The position numbers and the translations under genes were made by a program. 64,000 nucleotides of DNA, from the IMG/VR virus record IMGVR_UViG_2061766007_002263, one strand, 5' to 3'. Source of the stretch: a virus. Lineage: Duplodnaviria > Caudoviricetes. The notes beneath the pieces were generated by a model. It was not told where the DNA came from. It saw only the letters and a program-made list of their open reading frames with translations, and did no database searches. Position 1 is the stretch's first letter; each line of letters opens with the position of its first letter. Positions 45,073-55,954 of the stretch are shown here, piece by piece.

Positions 45073-45693
45073 TTAATCGATTCCTTGGCGGACTATTGGC
45101 TGTATGCTGAAAAGAAACTTATCGGCGTTGTCCAGCAGCTCGAAACCGTCCATCTCCGGCTTTTTATTTCCATCCCGGAAATCAACGAACATGGAGTCAC
45201 AATGCAGCCCGTCAACATTCACAGGAATACGTACCTTGAAAAGATGAACGTCCTTGTCCTGTTTTTGCTTATGTATCCCCAAGTCCACAATATTCTCGTT
45301 GTTCTCATTTACCTCAAGACCGGTCTCTTCCTTGAGCTCGCGTATCGCCGTGGACAAGTCATCCGAATCAACATTCCTGCAACCTTTCGGTATGTCATAT
45401 ATTCCCGACGGCTGACCGGTAGGATGACAGCCTAGATATTTTCCGGTTGATTCGTCCTGTACCAAAAAACCACATGAAAGCTTGCGTCCATTCGGTCTCA
45501 GATACAAATCCTCAAAGCCCTCGCCATTCCAATGCGTAAGTATTCCGTCATGATACCAATCACCATGACGGTCGAACTGCGGACCGGGACTCCTGCTGCC
45601 ACCATGACTATGGGAGCCGTGATGATGTCCGTAATGAGCCTCATTGTATACTTCGAGAAAAAAATCTTCCATGTTTTCCATTTTTATATCCAT
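45073..45693 (-). CDS. Nudix hydrolase with N-terminal His-rich extension
   Basis: PKG...AIRELKEETGL Nudix box; PEMDGF C-terminal motif as in T4 NudE-like enzymes. Confidence 0.85.
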   Translation of the reverse strand: MDIKMENMEDFFLEVYNEAHYGHHHGSHSHGGSRSPGPQFDRHGDWYHDGILTHWNGEGFEDLYLRPNGRKLSCGFLVQDESTGKYLGCHPTGQPSGIYDIPKGCRNVDSDDLSTAIRELKEETGLEVNENNENIVDLGIHKQKQDKDVHLFKVRIPVNVDGLHCDSMFVDFRDGNKKPEMDGFELLDNADKFLFSIQPIVRQGID

Positions 45694-48344
45694 TCTCCTC
45701 TTAGGATAGGTATACGGTTATGGTCAGAAACATAACGCCAGTCACCAAACGCCGAGAGGTAAACGTCAGAAGACGAATATTTCTCCGGGTCTTCGCTTAA
45801 TGCCGGAGATGTTCCATAATTCTCGACGTATCTGATATGTCCGTTCATTTTCTGCTCAAGAGAACGCCAGTCTTCGTCGTCGATAGTAGCCTTGGCACCA
45901 CATGTTTCACCCGCACCGTCAAAGCCGGTATTAGTTCCACCATTATTATAGAATGTATTCGGATTGGTAACGTCAAAATTATAGTTACGATGCATCTGAT
46001 ACAGAGAACCGGAAGTGAAATTAGACAAGTCTTTCAACCCGCCTTCCTTAACCACTTCCCCGGTAACTTTACCAAGTCCACCGGTAACGGCGAAGTTCTC
46101 TTTTATGAACCTAGACTGCGTTATAAGGTTATACTTGTTGCCCATTATCATGGCTTCAAGCTCACGGATTGAATAAGGTATTCTTCTCGGTGCCCATGCC
46201 TTCTTCTCGTTGTCCTCTGAATCGGAAGTTACGGTTTCTTTATGCTCAACTTTCTCGTCGGACGTTGAAGCCTCGGTAACGTCGGCCCACGCGGTAAAGT
46301 TCTCGATGTCACGGCGAAGAGTCTCCGGTTCGCCGTCTTCTTTCTGAATGTCACACTTACCTTCATGGTTCTTGGTAAGACTGATAATGTCATCAGACAA
46401 ACGGCGCAATGAACCATAAAGAGGATATGTAATACCGTTATTCTGATTGACGAACTTAGTAACGCTCAGTTTCTGATTATACAAATTAAATGACTCGGCG
46501 TTGTTATCGTATTCAAACTTGAAATCAATCGGGTCTCCGTGCTTGTTGTCGGGCCCCATATCAAAATTGAACTCAGCGTCCGGAACCTCTGACATCTTCG
46601 TGTCCGTATCATTCTCATAGTGTCCTGTTCCTCTAGGAAGACCCAAATCGAGGGTTTCCGCACGGTTCACATTGTGACTTTGGTCTTCAAAGTTTACGTC
46701 ACTTGAGCGGCCGCCGGTAATCTTCTTAAGCATTATCCAGATTTCATCTATAGTAGGTCCGATAATACGACCGTCAACATAGAGGTTTCCGTCGGACGGC
46801 AGTACAGACGGAAACTTGCCCATCCTGCGGTAATAATCATCGTCCATGCGGCTCTCTGGGTCAAACCAGTTAGGCGGTATAAGAGAATTAGAGCCGACAT
46901 TATAGTTGGTATCCACCATGCCGCCACGGTTTATAGCCGCCACAGGAAGACTGCGTACTATGGAGTTGCCGTTATTGGACAGCTTGTTTTCGATGAAATC
47001 GTCTATAGGAGTGCCTGTTTCCGGCATTTTAAGCCTTGACGAATAGTTTGACGTATCTATCTGCTCGGTCGGCGATTGAGTCATTTTTATTCCACTAAGC
47101 TGCGCGTCAAGCATCTTGGACGTATAAATATCAACTGTAGGAGATGTCTTCGGTATGTAAGGCATACTGAGCTCAGACATACCTACAAGCTTAAGGTCTG
47201 TATCAGACGAGTTCCTATCGGACAAGCCTACGCCCGGAAGGTTTACGTTGTTCGGAACATCAGGATAATTCCGGTTAGTTACTGTGGAAGACGACATGCT
47301 GTACATATCGTATTTCTTGAAATCACCCGCACCTGAAAGCATGAGCTCATTATGAACTACCTTGGAGTCCGGAGTCAAATCCTGCTCAAAGCTGTCTGGT
47401 TTTATGTAGTCGGCATAGAAAGGTGCGCGTACCCAGACAAAAGTATTCTTGAGGAGTGTTCTCCATCTGTCACCACTGTAATTTTCATTGGTTTCGTCTA
47501 TATGCTCCGTAGCAAGTCTTCCGGATATAATTGCTTTCGCTATGCAGAGATTTTCGCTGTCCCTGGTATCCCAGAAGTCTTTGTAATCTCTGAATACCAT
47601 TGTCGTCGGCGACGCATTCTTGAAATCATTGGCTCCGATACCAAGCAAGGACTGGTATTTCATACCGGTAGCTTTGACTACAAGACATACACCAAACCAT
47701 GTATACGGGTTGACCATAATCTTATTGTACGCGCTGAAACCGTCACGTGTAACAAGCGTACTCTTGAACGCCACGTCCGGCGAGGAAAGAAGTATATCGG
47801 CTTGATTGTCTACACCCGGAACAAAAGGTGCTATAGACGGAGGAAGATAATTCGCGGACGTAACGGTATTTCCTGCGAAATTGTACATAACGCCGCGTGA
47901 CGTGAAAACGTCAGTGGAACTTGGCTCAAGCGCAGAGTCCTTGTCATATAATGTAAACTTTCTTCCGGGAAATATGTCGTCTTCGGAAGTCGTACCTCCG
48001 ACTATCGTAACCGGTATACTCGCGTTACATGTTATTTCCTTAGACCTCGCTCGTGCGTCATAGATAGGAAGCGAGATATCTATACCGTTTCTCCACCAGT
48101 CCGCGCTTCGTATATCCGGAGCGGAGGTAAGGTCAATGCTGTTATCGGATTTAAGCATCGCGGAGTTAAGACAGATAATGTCGTGCTCAAGCGAACATCC
48201 TGCCGTAGTATTCTCTGATTCTACCCAAAGTCTGTCCGTCTTGCTGTCGTAGAAGAGGTCATATAAGCTTACAAGCGAGTTCTCTGTATTTGTAGGAGTA
48301 GTCGCAAGGACTTTTTTCCATGGTCTAGTAGATGATTTAGTCAT
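45684..48344 (-). CDS. large late protein, probably virion structural
   Basis: 886 aa, S/T/D/N-rich, late motif at 48380, AAGGAG RBS. Confidence 0.65.
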   Translation of the reverse strand: MTKSSTRPWKKVLATTPTNTENSLVSLYDLFYDSKTDRLWVESENTTAGCSLEHDIICLNSAMLKSDNSIDLTSAPDIRSADWWRNGIDISLPIYDARARSKEITCNASIPVTIVGGTTSEDDIFPGRKFTLYDKDSALEPSSTDVFTSRGVMYNFAGNTVTSANYLPPSIAPFVPGVDNQADILLSSPDVAFKSTLVTRDGFSAYNKIMVNPYTWFGVCLVVKATGMKYQSLLGIGANDFKNASPTTMVFRDYKDFWDTRDSENLCIAKAIISGRLATEHIDETNENYSGDRWRTLLKNTFVWVRAPFYADYIKPDSFEQDLTPDSKVVHNELMLSGAGDFKKYDMYSMSSSTVTNRNYPDVPNNVNLPGVGLSDRNSSDTDLKLVGMSELSMPYIPKTSPTVDIYTSKMLDAQLSGIKMTQSPTEQIDTSNYSSRLKMPETGTPIDDFIENKLSNNGNSIVRSLPVAAINRGGMVDTNYNVGSNSLIPPNWFDPESRMDDDYYRRMGKFPSVLPSDGNLYVDGRIIGPTIDEIWIMLKKITGGRSSDVNFEDQSHNVNRAETLDLGLPRGTGHYENDTDTKMSEVPDAEFNFDMGPDNKHGDPIDFKFEYDNNAESFNLYNQKLSVTKFVNQNNGITYPLYGSLRRLSDDIISLTKNHEGKCDIQKEDGEPETLRRDIENFTAWADVTEASTSDEKVEHKETVTSDSEDNEKKAWAPRRIPYSIRELEAMIMGNKYNLITQSRFIKENFAVTGGLGKVTGEVVKEGGLKDLSNFTSGSLYQMHRNYNFDVTNPNTFYNNGGTNTGFDGAGETCGAKATIDDEDWRSLEQKMNGHIRYVENYGTSPALSEDPEKYSSSDVYLSAFGDWRYVSDHNRIPILRGEWI

Positions 48345-48424
48345 AATTAAACAAAATCTCCTTATATAAAAGAAGCTGTTTAATTAGTTGAGAAAAATTG
48401 ATATGTCCGAGAAATCATTATGAA

Positions 48425-48808
48425 TCAATTATGGTCTGTGATGTTCTCAACCACGGGCTCAATGAACTTTTTCTGAACATAGTTCGAGAGCTCTCCATAA
48501 TTGCCGTTCTGTGATTTCATAAAAAGATTTTTAAATGTGTCCGAAAGAGAAACAAACACGTCAAGCTCCGGCTCTACGCCTTTAGGAGTAGTAACCATAC
48601 CCAGCGTCTTTATTCCGATGCTTCCGATATATGGGAGCTTAATCCGGGTAAGCTTGGTATCATCCGACTCGGCCACACGGAGCATGATACTGAAAACTGT
48701 ATACTGCCAGACTTGTCTGACTATATCCGACTTGACACCAAACAACGACGAGATTTCAAGTATCATTTTTTTAGTGTCTTCATCTTCCTTAAAAATATTA
48801 TCTGCCAT
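48425..48808 (-). CDS. HU/IHF-like DNA-binding protein (tentative)
   Basis: Two N-terminal helices then IKLPYIGSI strand pattern. Confidence 0.45.
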   Translation of the reverse strand: MADNIFKEDEDTKKMILEISSLFGVKSDIVRQVWQYTVFSIMLRVAESDDTKLTRIKLPYIGSIGIKTLGMVTTPKGVEPELDVFVSLSDTFKNLFMKSQNGNYGELSNYVQKKFIEPVVENITDHN

Positions 48809-48863
48809 TTTTGTACGTACCTTTTAATGAATATTAACTGCATTGCCTGAAAGCTAAATATCC

Positions 48864-49436
48864 ATGAAATGCAAAGACTACTTGTTCAAAATGCATCATG
48901 GACTTCACATCACTTACGACGATGACGACCTCATAAAAGAAATTTCATCCGAAGGAGGAGGACTGCCTTTCCGTGTCCGCGCCGACAACAGATATACCGT
49001 TACCGACGAGGAATATAAAGCCTTCGAAAAAAATGCCGGGGTCATCATGAACAACGGTCTTCCATTTCCAAACGCCAACGGAACAAGCGGTCCGCAAGGT
49101 CATCGCAATACTTGGGACGGATGCCAGTTTGACAGCGTTTGGGAATATGCGTTCTACAGATACCACAAGGAAGTTGCCGGCAACGTAATCACACGCAACG
49201 AAACAGAATGGATTCCATATTTCGACGAAACCGGCAAACAGAGAAAATTCTACTTCGACTTTCTCGTGAACGCCGTTCCTTATGAAGTAAAAGGATTTTT
49301 CCGTCCGTCCGACATGGCGAAAATGCAGTCAACGTCTGGTCAGGTTACATTTGTATCGAAGCCAGATATACTTCCTATAATGAAAGAACTCGACAAACAA
49401 ATACCGGGATGGCGCAGCGACTGCATTTTCAACTGA
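48864..49436 (+). CDS. PD-(D/E)XK nuclease (TnsA-N/T4 gp4-like)
   Basis: FDSVWE...IPY...FYFDF...EVKG. Confidence 0.7.
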   Translation: MKCKDYLFKMHHGLHITYDDDDLIKEISSEGGGLPFRVRADNRYTVTDEEYKAFEKNAGVIMNNGLPFPNANGTSGPQGHRNTWDGCQFDSVWEYAFYRYHKEVAGNVITRNETEWIPYFDETGKQRKFYFDFLVNAVPYEVKGFFRPSDMAKMQSTSGQVTFVSKPDILPIMKELDKQIPGWRSDCIFN

Positions 49437-49447
49437 CAGTCACATAG

Positions 49448-50335
49448 TTATTCCTTCAAATGATATGTTACATACCGTTCCTGAACATTTCCAAGCTCGC
49501 GCGATGCCTTGCATCCTTTATATCCGTCTTTATTAGGATTACCACCAAGATGCTCGCACCAGTTGCATATAAAAGACGGACATCCCAAGCTGTCCAAATC
49601 CTCGTGCTCCCAATCGTGCGCTTTTATTTCCTGAATGGTCACAAGGTAGTCATTTATGCATTTCTGGAGCACGGACTCGTCGTATTTGATTTCCTTTACG
49701 GACGCAAGCATTTTGTCATGGTCGTCAACGGCTATGTTCTGCTCCGACAAAGGGAAGAACAAGAAGAGCTTTATATTCTCAGCCGTTTTCTTCAAATCCC
49801 AGCCATGCTCAAGTCCTTTCAGATATGAATATAACAGGAGCTGTTCCTTATACTTTGATATGGACGGAGATTTGCCGGACTTGTAATCATATACCTCAAC
49901 CTTTTCGCCATTATCAAGGCAGACATCAAGAGCCCCGATAAAATGCTCACCCCCAAGGTCTCCTGATACCCAGCCTTCCTGAGCAACTTTATATCCATTT
50001 TTTTCCTTGCTCGCGATGAACTCGTCCCAGAAAAGAAAAAACCTCTCTATTCCGGATTTCTCGTCGTATTTATCAAGGTCAATGTTATGCTCCACGGCTT
50101 TTTCGGCAAGCCTCTTGAACACGTCCTCACGGTTTTCGCCGGTAAAATATTTCTCCACGGTTTCGTGAAATACCGTACCTTTTCTTGCAAGCTCGTCGTC
50201 GGCCGGCTTTGAGCACCGCCACTTCTGTACATACGTATAGAAATATTTAAGGGGACACTGTCTGTAAGTCGATATACGGCTCGCCGACCAGTTCGGCTTG
50301 TTTGACGAACGTACTTGTGAATTATATTGTGGCAT
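49448..50335 (-). CDS. RecB/AddB/Cas4-like PD-(D/E)XK exonuclease with probable Fe-S ligands
   Basis: SASRI...CP, GTVFH, GALD, DYKSG, QL..Y, CNWC...C. Confidence 0.85.
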   Translation of the reverse strand: MPQYNSQVRSSNKPNWSASRISTYRQCPLKYFYTYVQKWRCSKPADDELARKGTVFHETVEKYFTGENREDVFKRLAEKAVEHNIDLDKYDEKSGIERFFLFWDEFIASKEKNGYKVAQEGWVSGDLGGEHFIGALDVCLDNGEKVEVYDYKSGKSPSISKYKEQLLLYSYLKGLEHGWDLKKTAENIKLFLFFPLSEQNIAVDDHDKMLASVKEIKYDESVLQKCINDYLVTIQEIKAHDWEHEDLDSLGCPSFICNWCEHLGGNPNKDGYKGCKASRELGNVQERYVTYHLKE

Positions 50336-50338
50336 TGA

Positions 50339-50680
50339 TTAAAGGTCTCCATGAATCTTGTTTACACGCGGACTTATAGGAGTGCTCTCTATTTCCTCGT
50401 CAGTGATGACCACGCCGATTTCCTCATACTTTCTGCACAAAAGCTTCAAAGGATTATCTTCCGTGTCCCTCAGCAAATATTCATCACCATGTTTCGGAAA
50501 CCGTGCGTCCGAAACTGAACCACAATCAAGGCAGCTTACTACAAACCGCTCTTCTTTCGGAGCAAGCGTAGAAATAACAAGCTGCCCCCCGCATTTACAT
50601 TCACCAAGAAATTTTACACTGTCAAGCAGTTTACCACTGGTTTCATGTTTTTTTAATTTTCTAATTGTTTTCTTTTTCAT
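50339..50680 (-). CDS. Zn-ribbon protein
   Basis: CKCGG...CLDCG. Confidence 0.65.
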   Translation of the reverse strand: MKKKTIRKLKKHETSGKLLDSVKFLGECKCGGQLVISTLAPKEERFVVSCLDCGSVSDARFPKHGDEYLLRDTEDNPLKLLCRKYEEIGVVITDEEIESTPISPRVNKIHGDL

Positions 50681-50807
50681 AAATGAATATTAATCCATAT
50701 CCACATTTCCATATGGTATGTGATAATACGTATCAGGACATACTTTTCCTGTAGTTTTATTTTTAGAGGATGTTTTCAATGTAACTTGTATTATTTCAAA
50801 GTGATTT

Positions 50808-52505
50808 TCATGCTTTCAACCGGATTTTTTCAGTAAAAAGTCTCATAAAAGGACTCAAAAGTTTTTTTCTGAAAGCAAAATTATGTTTATTTGTCCCATA
50901 TATATTATAATAGATAGGAGAGAGGAGGAAACTAGCAGATTTGATTTGTACATTTGATTTTTCTTTTTTACAGATTTTCTTTATTTCATTTGTATAATCT
51001 TTTGAATTTTCTAATTCCAGTTTTTCTATTTCTTGTGATTTCATCACATATTTGTTTCCGAATTTTTTATTTCCTTTATTAAATCTTGCAATACTTTCGG
51101 CATTGTCTATGCTCATTTGAGATGCATAAAGCATCGTGTGTTCTATTTCTTTTTCGGACATGTTACGGTATCTTGATACAGTAGTCCTTGACATTCCCAG
51201 CTTTTTTGCCGCTTCACGGCATGTCAGGTTTTCAGGCAGCAGAGATAGACGGAGCATATTGGAATACTTGCATGCTTTTTTATAAAGCATTCCTTTTCTT
51301 CTCTGCTCGTCCGTATATCTTTTTTGAGTGGATTTTTTGTATTTTGCTAAGGACCATTTATATACATTTTTACAAACCGCATCCAGCTCGGAAATAGTCT
51401 TTTTGTCTTTTCCAGGTAGAAGCGAATCCGCATATGCCTCTATGACATTCAAGGCATTCCTGGCTTCCCCATAGAGAGGTGCCTTGTCCGAATGTTTCCT
51501 CATGTATTCCCATATCCATTCCCTGAGGCATTTCATCTCATAATAATTGCGGGAGCTTGCCGCAGGATGTATATTGCAGGTAGTCTTGTTGGTAACGTCT
51601 ACTATTACATTCTCCAGCAGATTCAGGTTTATCTCGTCCTCTATCTCCTTGGTTCCGGGCTTCGGGAAAAAAGGCTTCAAAACTTTATGTAATGTGTCAA
51701 AACTTTTTTCTAAAGAAGATGTCTTACGGAAATAGATTTTCGAGGTTTTTATCTCGGTATTTTTGTTATAGGGGTTTTTGCATTGCCAACCGGTGAAATG
51801 AGTGTCACCCGGCATTCCTTTATAGTAAGACCATAAATCAGCAAGGGCATGCCCCATGTTGAGGTATGTGCGGCATCCGTTCTCGTTATATCTCGCATTA
51901 TACCTGACCGAATCAGAGGGATGAAAAAACCATCCGGCTTGTATATTCCCGCTTTTGTGGTTATAATAGATATAGCTCTGTTTGGGAAGCTTATACTTTT
52001 TTACGAATGCCCGGATGTCTTTCTCGGCTTCGTCGAAAGTACGATAACCGTATGGAGTTCCGTCCGATAACGGAGGAAAGTATTTGTTCGCGTCGAAATC
52101 AAGGACGAGCACTTCACGAAGATAATGTGTGCGTCCGGTGGATGTCTGTATGAAAAATGATAGTTCTTTGTCGTCGCCTACGGCTTTCCATGCGTCAGGA
52201 AGACTTTTATAATCGTCTTTCATTACCTCATATTTTATGGCTTTTTTGTCGCCTTTTTTATGATTCTTGTAATTTCTTTTATATGTTTCGGCATTCTCGT
52301 CGTAATATGGGATAAATGACTTGATTATGCCTGTCCCCTCGCGCGTCTTGAAGCGCATGCATATGCCTTTGTCCAAGGCGATGTCCATGGAGTTTCCGTG
52401 ATGCAGGAAAACTTTTTTGGGTTTTTGGCTCTGATTCGTTATGTTTTGTGCCGAAATCGGCGTTTTTTGTTGTGAATTGTTTATGTCTACTAAATATTCA
52501 GACAT
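50808..52505 (-). CDS. ColE2-type plasmid replicase/primase-like protein (AEP plus PriCT plus HTH)
   Basis: VLDFD, NHKSGNIQ, GDTHFTGWQCKNP, SRN......R.W, HTH REAAKKLGMSRTTVSRY. Confidence 0.65.
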   Translation of the reverse strand: MSEYLVDINNSQQKTPISAQNITNQSQKPKKVFLHHGNSMDIALDKGICMRFKTREGTGIIKSFIPYYDENAETYKRNYKNHKKGDKKAIKYEVMKDDYKSLPDAWKAVGDDKELSFFIQTSTGRTHYLREVLVLDFDANKYFPPLSDGTPYGYRTFDEAEKDIRAFVKKYKLPKQSYIYYNHKSGNIQAGWFFHPSDSVRYNARYNENGCRTYLNMGHALADLWSYYKGMPGDTHFTGWQCKNPYNKNTEIKTSKIYFRKTSSLEKSFDTLHKVLKPFFPKPGTKEIEDEINLNLLENVIVDVTNKTTCNIHPAASSRNYYEMKCLREWIWEYMRKHSDKAPLYGEARNALNVIEAYADSLLPGKDKKTISELDAVCKNVYKWSLAKYKKSTQKRYTDEQRRKGMLYKKACKYSNMLRLSLLPENLTCREAAKKLGMSRTTVSRYRNMSEKEIEHTMLYASQMSIDNAESIARFNKGNKKFGNKYVMKSQEIEKLELENSKDYTNEIKKICKKEKSNVQIKSASFLLSPIYYNIYGTNKHNFAFRKKLLSPFMRLFTEKIRLKA

Positions 52506-52540
52506 TGCAAAATATTCCTATCTGTGTTTTGTGATGTCCA

Positions 52541-52571
52541 GAAGCCGTTTGTTTTGCGTCAAACGGCTTCG
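52541..52571. repeat. 11-bp perfect inverted repeat upstream of the rep-like gene
   Basis: GAAGCCGTTTG-N8-CAAACGGCTTC; CCGTTTGTTTT recurs at about 52586. Confidence 0.7.
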
Positions 52572-52894
52572 CTTACCATTCAAAACCGTTTGTTTTACAA
52601 ACTTGAAATATAATTTATTTACTTTGCTTCCAGCAATGTATCTTGTCTTTTTTAGAGTTCCAATACAATTTCAGCACTATCTTGTATAATGTATAGTATC
52701 ATGCATTAATGTATATTAAATTAAAAAAACAATACATTAATTAGTGGTGTCTCGATAAAAAACACATATGAAAATTTCATGCTTTTTAGGTTTTTTCTGA
52801 AATGTATAATATAAGAAAGAAATTATATAAAACGGAGAAAATAAAAAAAGTCGCGGGTATCTGAAAAAAATACTCGAATATTTTTTAGCTATGC

Positions 52895-54025
52895 ATGAAA
52901 AAATATGATTATCTGAAAATACTCTCTGGTTTCAACGAGCAGGAATATTCCATTTTCTATCAGCTTTCCACGAATGAGGCACAGGTGGCGGAGTCTATAT
53001 ACGACGCTATGTGTATTGCGGTGAAAGAATGTTCCGGCATGTTCCTTAAAACTAAGAATGAGTTCATACAATGGCTTACGTTCTGTTCTCCGGAGAACGA
53101 ATGCTTGTCGTATTTTGATACGAAACTCATAGGACAGATATACAGGAACAAAGAGTGGGCGGATGACTATTACGGGGACATCTCGAACACAGAAGGACTT
53201 ACGACTTATCTGATTTCGTCATGGCGCAACAAGACGAAAACGCTCAAAAATAACCTGAACTATTTGCAGATGATTTATCTGGAATACATACGTTTTGCGA
53301 ACACTGAAAAAGGACAGGATTTTATTTATGGAAAATCCATGGATTCCTTGGTTCAATACGACGACATAAATGAGGACGCTCTTTCATATGAGGACAAGCC
53401 TTTCTGGGAGTCTGAGCTGTACCGTGAGCAGCAGCTCCTGAAGTTCAAGAAAAACGTGCTTCTGAAATGCAGCAAGAACGCGCTTCAGAATGTCGCGCTC
53501 CGGGCTATATGGGAGCAGACTTTCAGCTCCGGGAAGAAGTTCAACATAAAGGAAGCCGAGAATAAAGTATGGGAAGTTACCGGAAAGGACTGTATCTCGC
53601 ATACCACATTGTACAAGGAAATACGAAAATTAAGGGTATTGATGTTCAAAAAAATCTACGAATATCTGGACTCTGATTTTGAGTATTTTGCCGATATTCC
53701 GTTCTGTCTTGATGGTAAGGTAACTACGTTCAAGAAAGCGATTAAGGACTGGCTCCTTGAAGCAAAAATAGACAAAGTTTATAATGATACATGTGATAGA
53801 AAAGCGGATTTTGACGCATACGTTACGAAAGTGGCGACTGACTGGGCGGTTAAGAACGGTCTTGTATATTCGCTTTGTTCTGATTGCAAGAATGTACTGG
53901 TCCGGGTAAAAGGCGACTCTTATGGACGGACACATTCAAACTGGAAGACTTATTTTTATAAAGGAGGGGGTTACAAGGATTTTTATAATGGCCTGAAAGG
54001 CTCTTATAAAGATTTTGAGCGTTGA
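52895..54025 (+). CDS. hypothetical protein
   Basis: 376 aa ORF upstream of the helicase. Confidence 0.75.
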   Translation: MKKYDYLKILSGFNEQEYSIFYQLSTNEAQVAESIYDAMCIAVKECSGMFLKTKNEFIQWLTFCSPENECLSYFDTKLIGQIYRNKEWADDYYGDISNTEGLTTYLISSWRNKTKTLKNNLNYLQMIYLEYIRFANTEKGQDFIYGKSMDSLVQYDDINEDALSYEDKPFWESELYREQQLLKFKKNVLLKCSKNALQNVALRAIWEQTFSSGKKFNIKEAENKVWEVTGKDCISHTTLYKEIRKLRVLMFKKIYEYLDSDFEYFADIPFCLDGKVTTFKKAIKDWLLEAKIDKVYNDTCDRKADFDAYVTKVATDWAVKNGLVYSLCSDCKNVLVRVKGDSYGRTHSNWKTYFYKGGGYKDFYNGLKGSYKDFER

Positions 54026-54052
54026 TTCCGTTTCATACGCTCTTCTTATACA

Positions 54053-55954
54053 ATGGTTAAAATTACTGCGAACAAGTCTCGCGGAGTCCTGGAGCTCAGG
54101 GTATACGGCGACAAATTCATGGACACCGTGGAGACATTGAGACTCAACGGGGCAAAATATCATGCTCCAACAAAATCATGGAATGTAAATATACTCAGTC
54201 TGGACGACATAATCACGGAGCTTAATTTCGAGGGTGAGGTGGTGGAGGTGTCCGCGCTTACCAAAAAGGAAGTAGAGGAATATCGTGAGTCCTTAAAAGA
54301 GCTTGAGATTTGTAAGGAACGGCGTGTTCTCCGTCTTGACCTTCTTAATTTCCCGCCGCTCGTAGGCAAGCATCCGTTCGAGAACTATCAGTCGGACGAT
54401 TTGGGAAAAGCCCTGAGAAGAAACAGATATCTTTTCAACTGGAGCATGGGCTTGGGAAAGTCATGGGCTCTTGCCGCGCTTATAGAAAATCTGAGGTACT
54501 ATAAGCTTATAAATAAATGCCTTATTTTTTCGACGGGCGTAGGTGTATATAATCTTAAGAGCGAGTTGTGTAAGTTCGGCAAGAACATGAATCCGGACGA
54601 TATCTTTGTTCTGGATTCGATTATGATACTTGAAGACCGTGACCTTTTCAATTCTGAAAAATATCCCCAGAGCATTTTCATAATGACATATGATACTTTT
54701 AAAGGTATCAACAATTATTATTATGATATGGCTAAAGGCACAAAAAAAGACCCGCACCCTTCAACAAAAACTGACTACAAAAAATCATATGTTCCTATAA
54801 AGGAATGGCTGAACGGCTATCACGGCGCGTTGTTCCTTGACGAGTGCCACAGCCTTGCCAATCCGAAATCAAGGCGTTCCGAGATAATCGAGATGAACTT
54901 GATGTACTTCAAGTACAGATATGAGTTTACCGGTACTCTGGCCGACAAGTATGAGAAGCTTTATGAGCCCCTGAAAGTTCTTGACCGTGCTTTGGTTGAC
55001 GGATTGAAATACAATGAATGGCTCAAGGAATACAATGAAATAGGAAACAAGTACAGCGAGTACGCCGCGAATCCCGATAAATGGGACATGAAGAAGATAG
55101 GTGAGCTTAACTGCCGTCTGCTTGACAACTATGCTTCCAAGAGGGAGATGAAAGACTGCCTTGACCTTCCTCTGGACTTTGAGGTTCCTACGATGTACAT
55201 AGACATGTCGCCATTGCACAGACGGATTTATGAGGGCTTCGTTAAAGTAGAGCTTGAGCTCGCAAAGGAGAGGAGACTTTCCGGGGAGTCTACTGTCAAA
55301 GATTCTATAATGAACATGTTCGGTGTTTTCCAGCTCGCATGTGAGAATGTTGAGTGCCTTAAGGACACGCCTTCTTTCGAAAAGTTCCCGGATGAGCTCA
55401 AGTCCATGATTCTCTCGTATGACTGGTTCAATGACAACAGTAAGGTCAGGGCTATAAAAGAGGTTCTTCAGGAACGTGTTGACGAATGCGGCGAGAGAGG
55501 GATAGTCTGGTACTATCATCCAAAAACCAAGGATTGTCTGGTTAAGCTGCTCAAGAAATATAACCCTACCGTAATAGAGGCAGGAATGGGGCCTGAGAAG
55601 ATGTCGGCTACGCTGGACGAGTTCAAGTCTGACGAAAAGCATAAGATAATCATAGCGTCGATAAACATCATGAACACCTCGGTAACGCTTACGCAGTGCA
55701 AATGGAATCTTTATGTTGAGAGAACTTTCAATTACACGGTCTACTCTCAGTCACGCGGAAGAATCTATAGGCCCGGACAGAAGGATTTGTGCCGCACGTA
55801 TATGATTTGTTTCAACCGGTCGATAGACAACCTTCAGCTCCAGAACTTGCAGGAGAAAGGTGCGGTGTTGGACAGCCTTCTGAATAAGAACATCATAAGC
55901 CAGAATGTATGGAAGATGATTTTCAGCGCGACCGGCAGGGAAAAGTGGTATTAG
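54053..55954 (+). CDS. SNF2-family superfamily 2 helicase
   Basis: MGLGKS, LDECH, FTGT, QSRGRIYRPGQ. Confidence 0.9.
   Translation: MVKITANKSRGVLELRVYGDKFMDTVETLRLNGAKYHAPTKSWNVNILSLDDIITELNFEGEVVEVSALTKKEVEEYRESLKELEICKERRVLRLDLLNFPPLVGKHPFENYQSDDLGKALRRNRYLFNWSMGLGKSWALAALIENLRYYKLINKCLIFSTGVGVYNLKSELCKFGKNMNPDDIFVLDSIMILEDRDLFNSEKYPQSIFIMTYDTFKGINNYYYDMAKGTKKDPHPSTKTDYKKSYVPIKEWLNGYHGALFLDECHSLANPKSRRSEIIEMNLMYFKYRYEFTGTLADKYEKLYEPLKVLDRALVDGLKYNEWLKEYNEIGNKYSEYAANPDKWDMKKIGELNCRLLDNYASKREMKDCLDLPLDFEVPTMYIDMSPLHRRIYEGFVKVELELAKERRLSGESTVKDSIMNMFGVFQLACENVECLKDTPSFEKFPDELKSMILSYDWFNDNSKVRAIKEVLQERVDECGERGIVWYYHPKTKDCLVKLLKKYNPTVIEAGMGPEKMSATLDEFKSDEKHKIIIASINIMNTSVTLTQCKWNLYVERTFNYTVYSQSRGRIYRPGQKDLCRTYMICFNRSIDNLQLQNLQEKGAVLDSLLNKNIISQNVWKMIFSATGREKWY

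Noticed and set aside
49448-50335. Cas4 of a CRISPR system
   Set aside because: No array or other cas genes; stand-alone RecB/Cas4-like nucleases are common in phages
54053-55954. Intein in the helicase or NrdD
   Set aside because: Lengths are normal and no C/S...HN-C/S/T intein boundaries are seen
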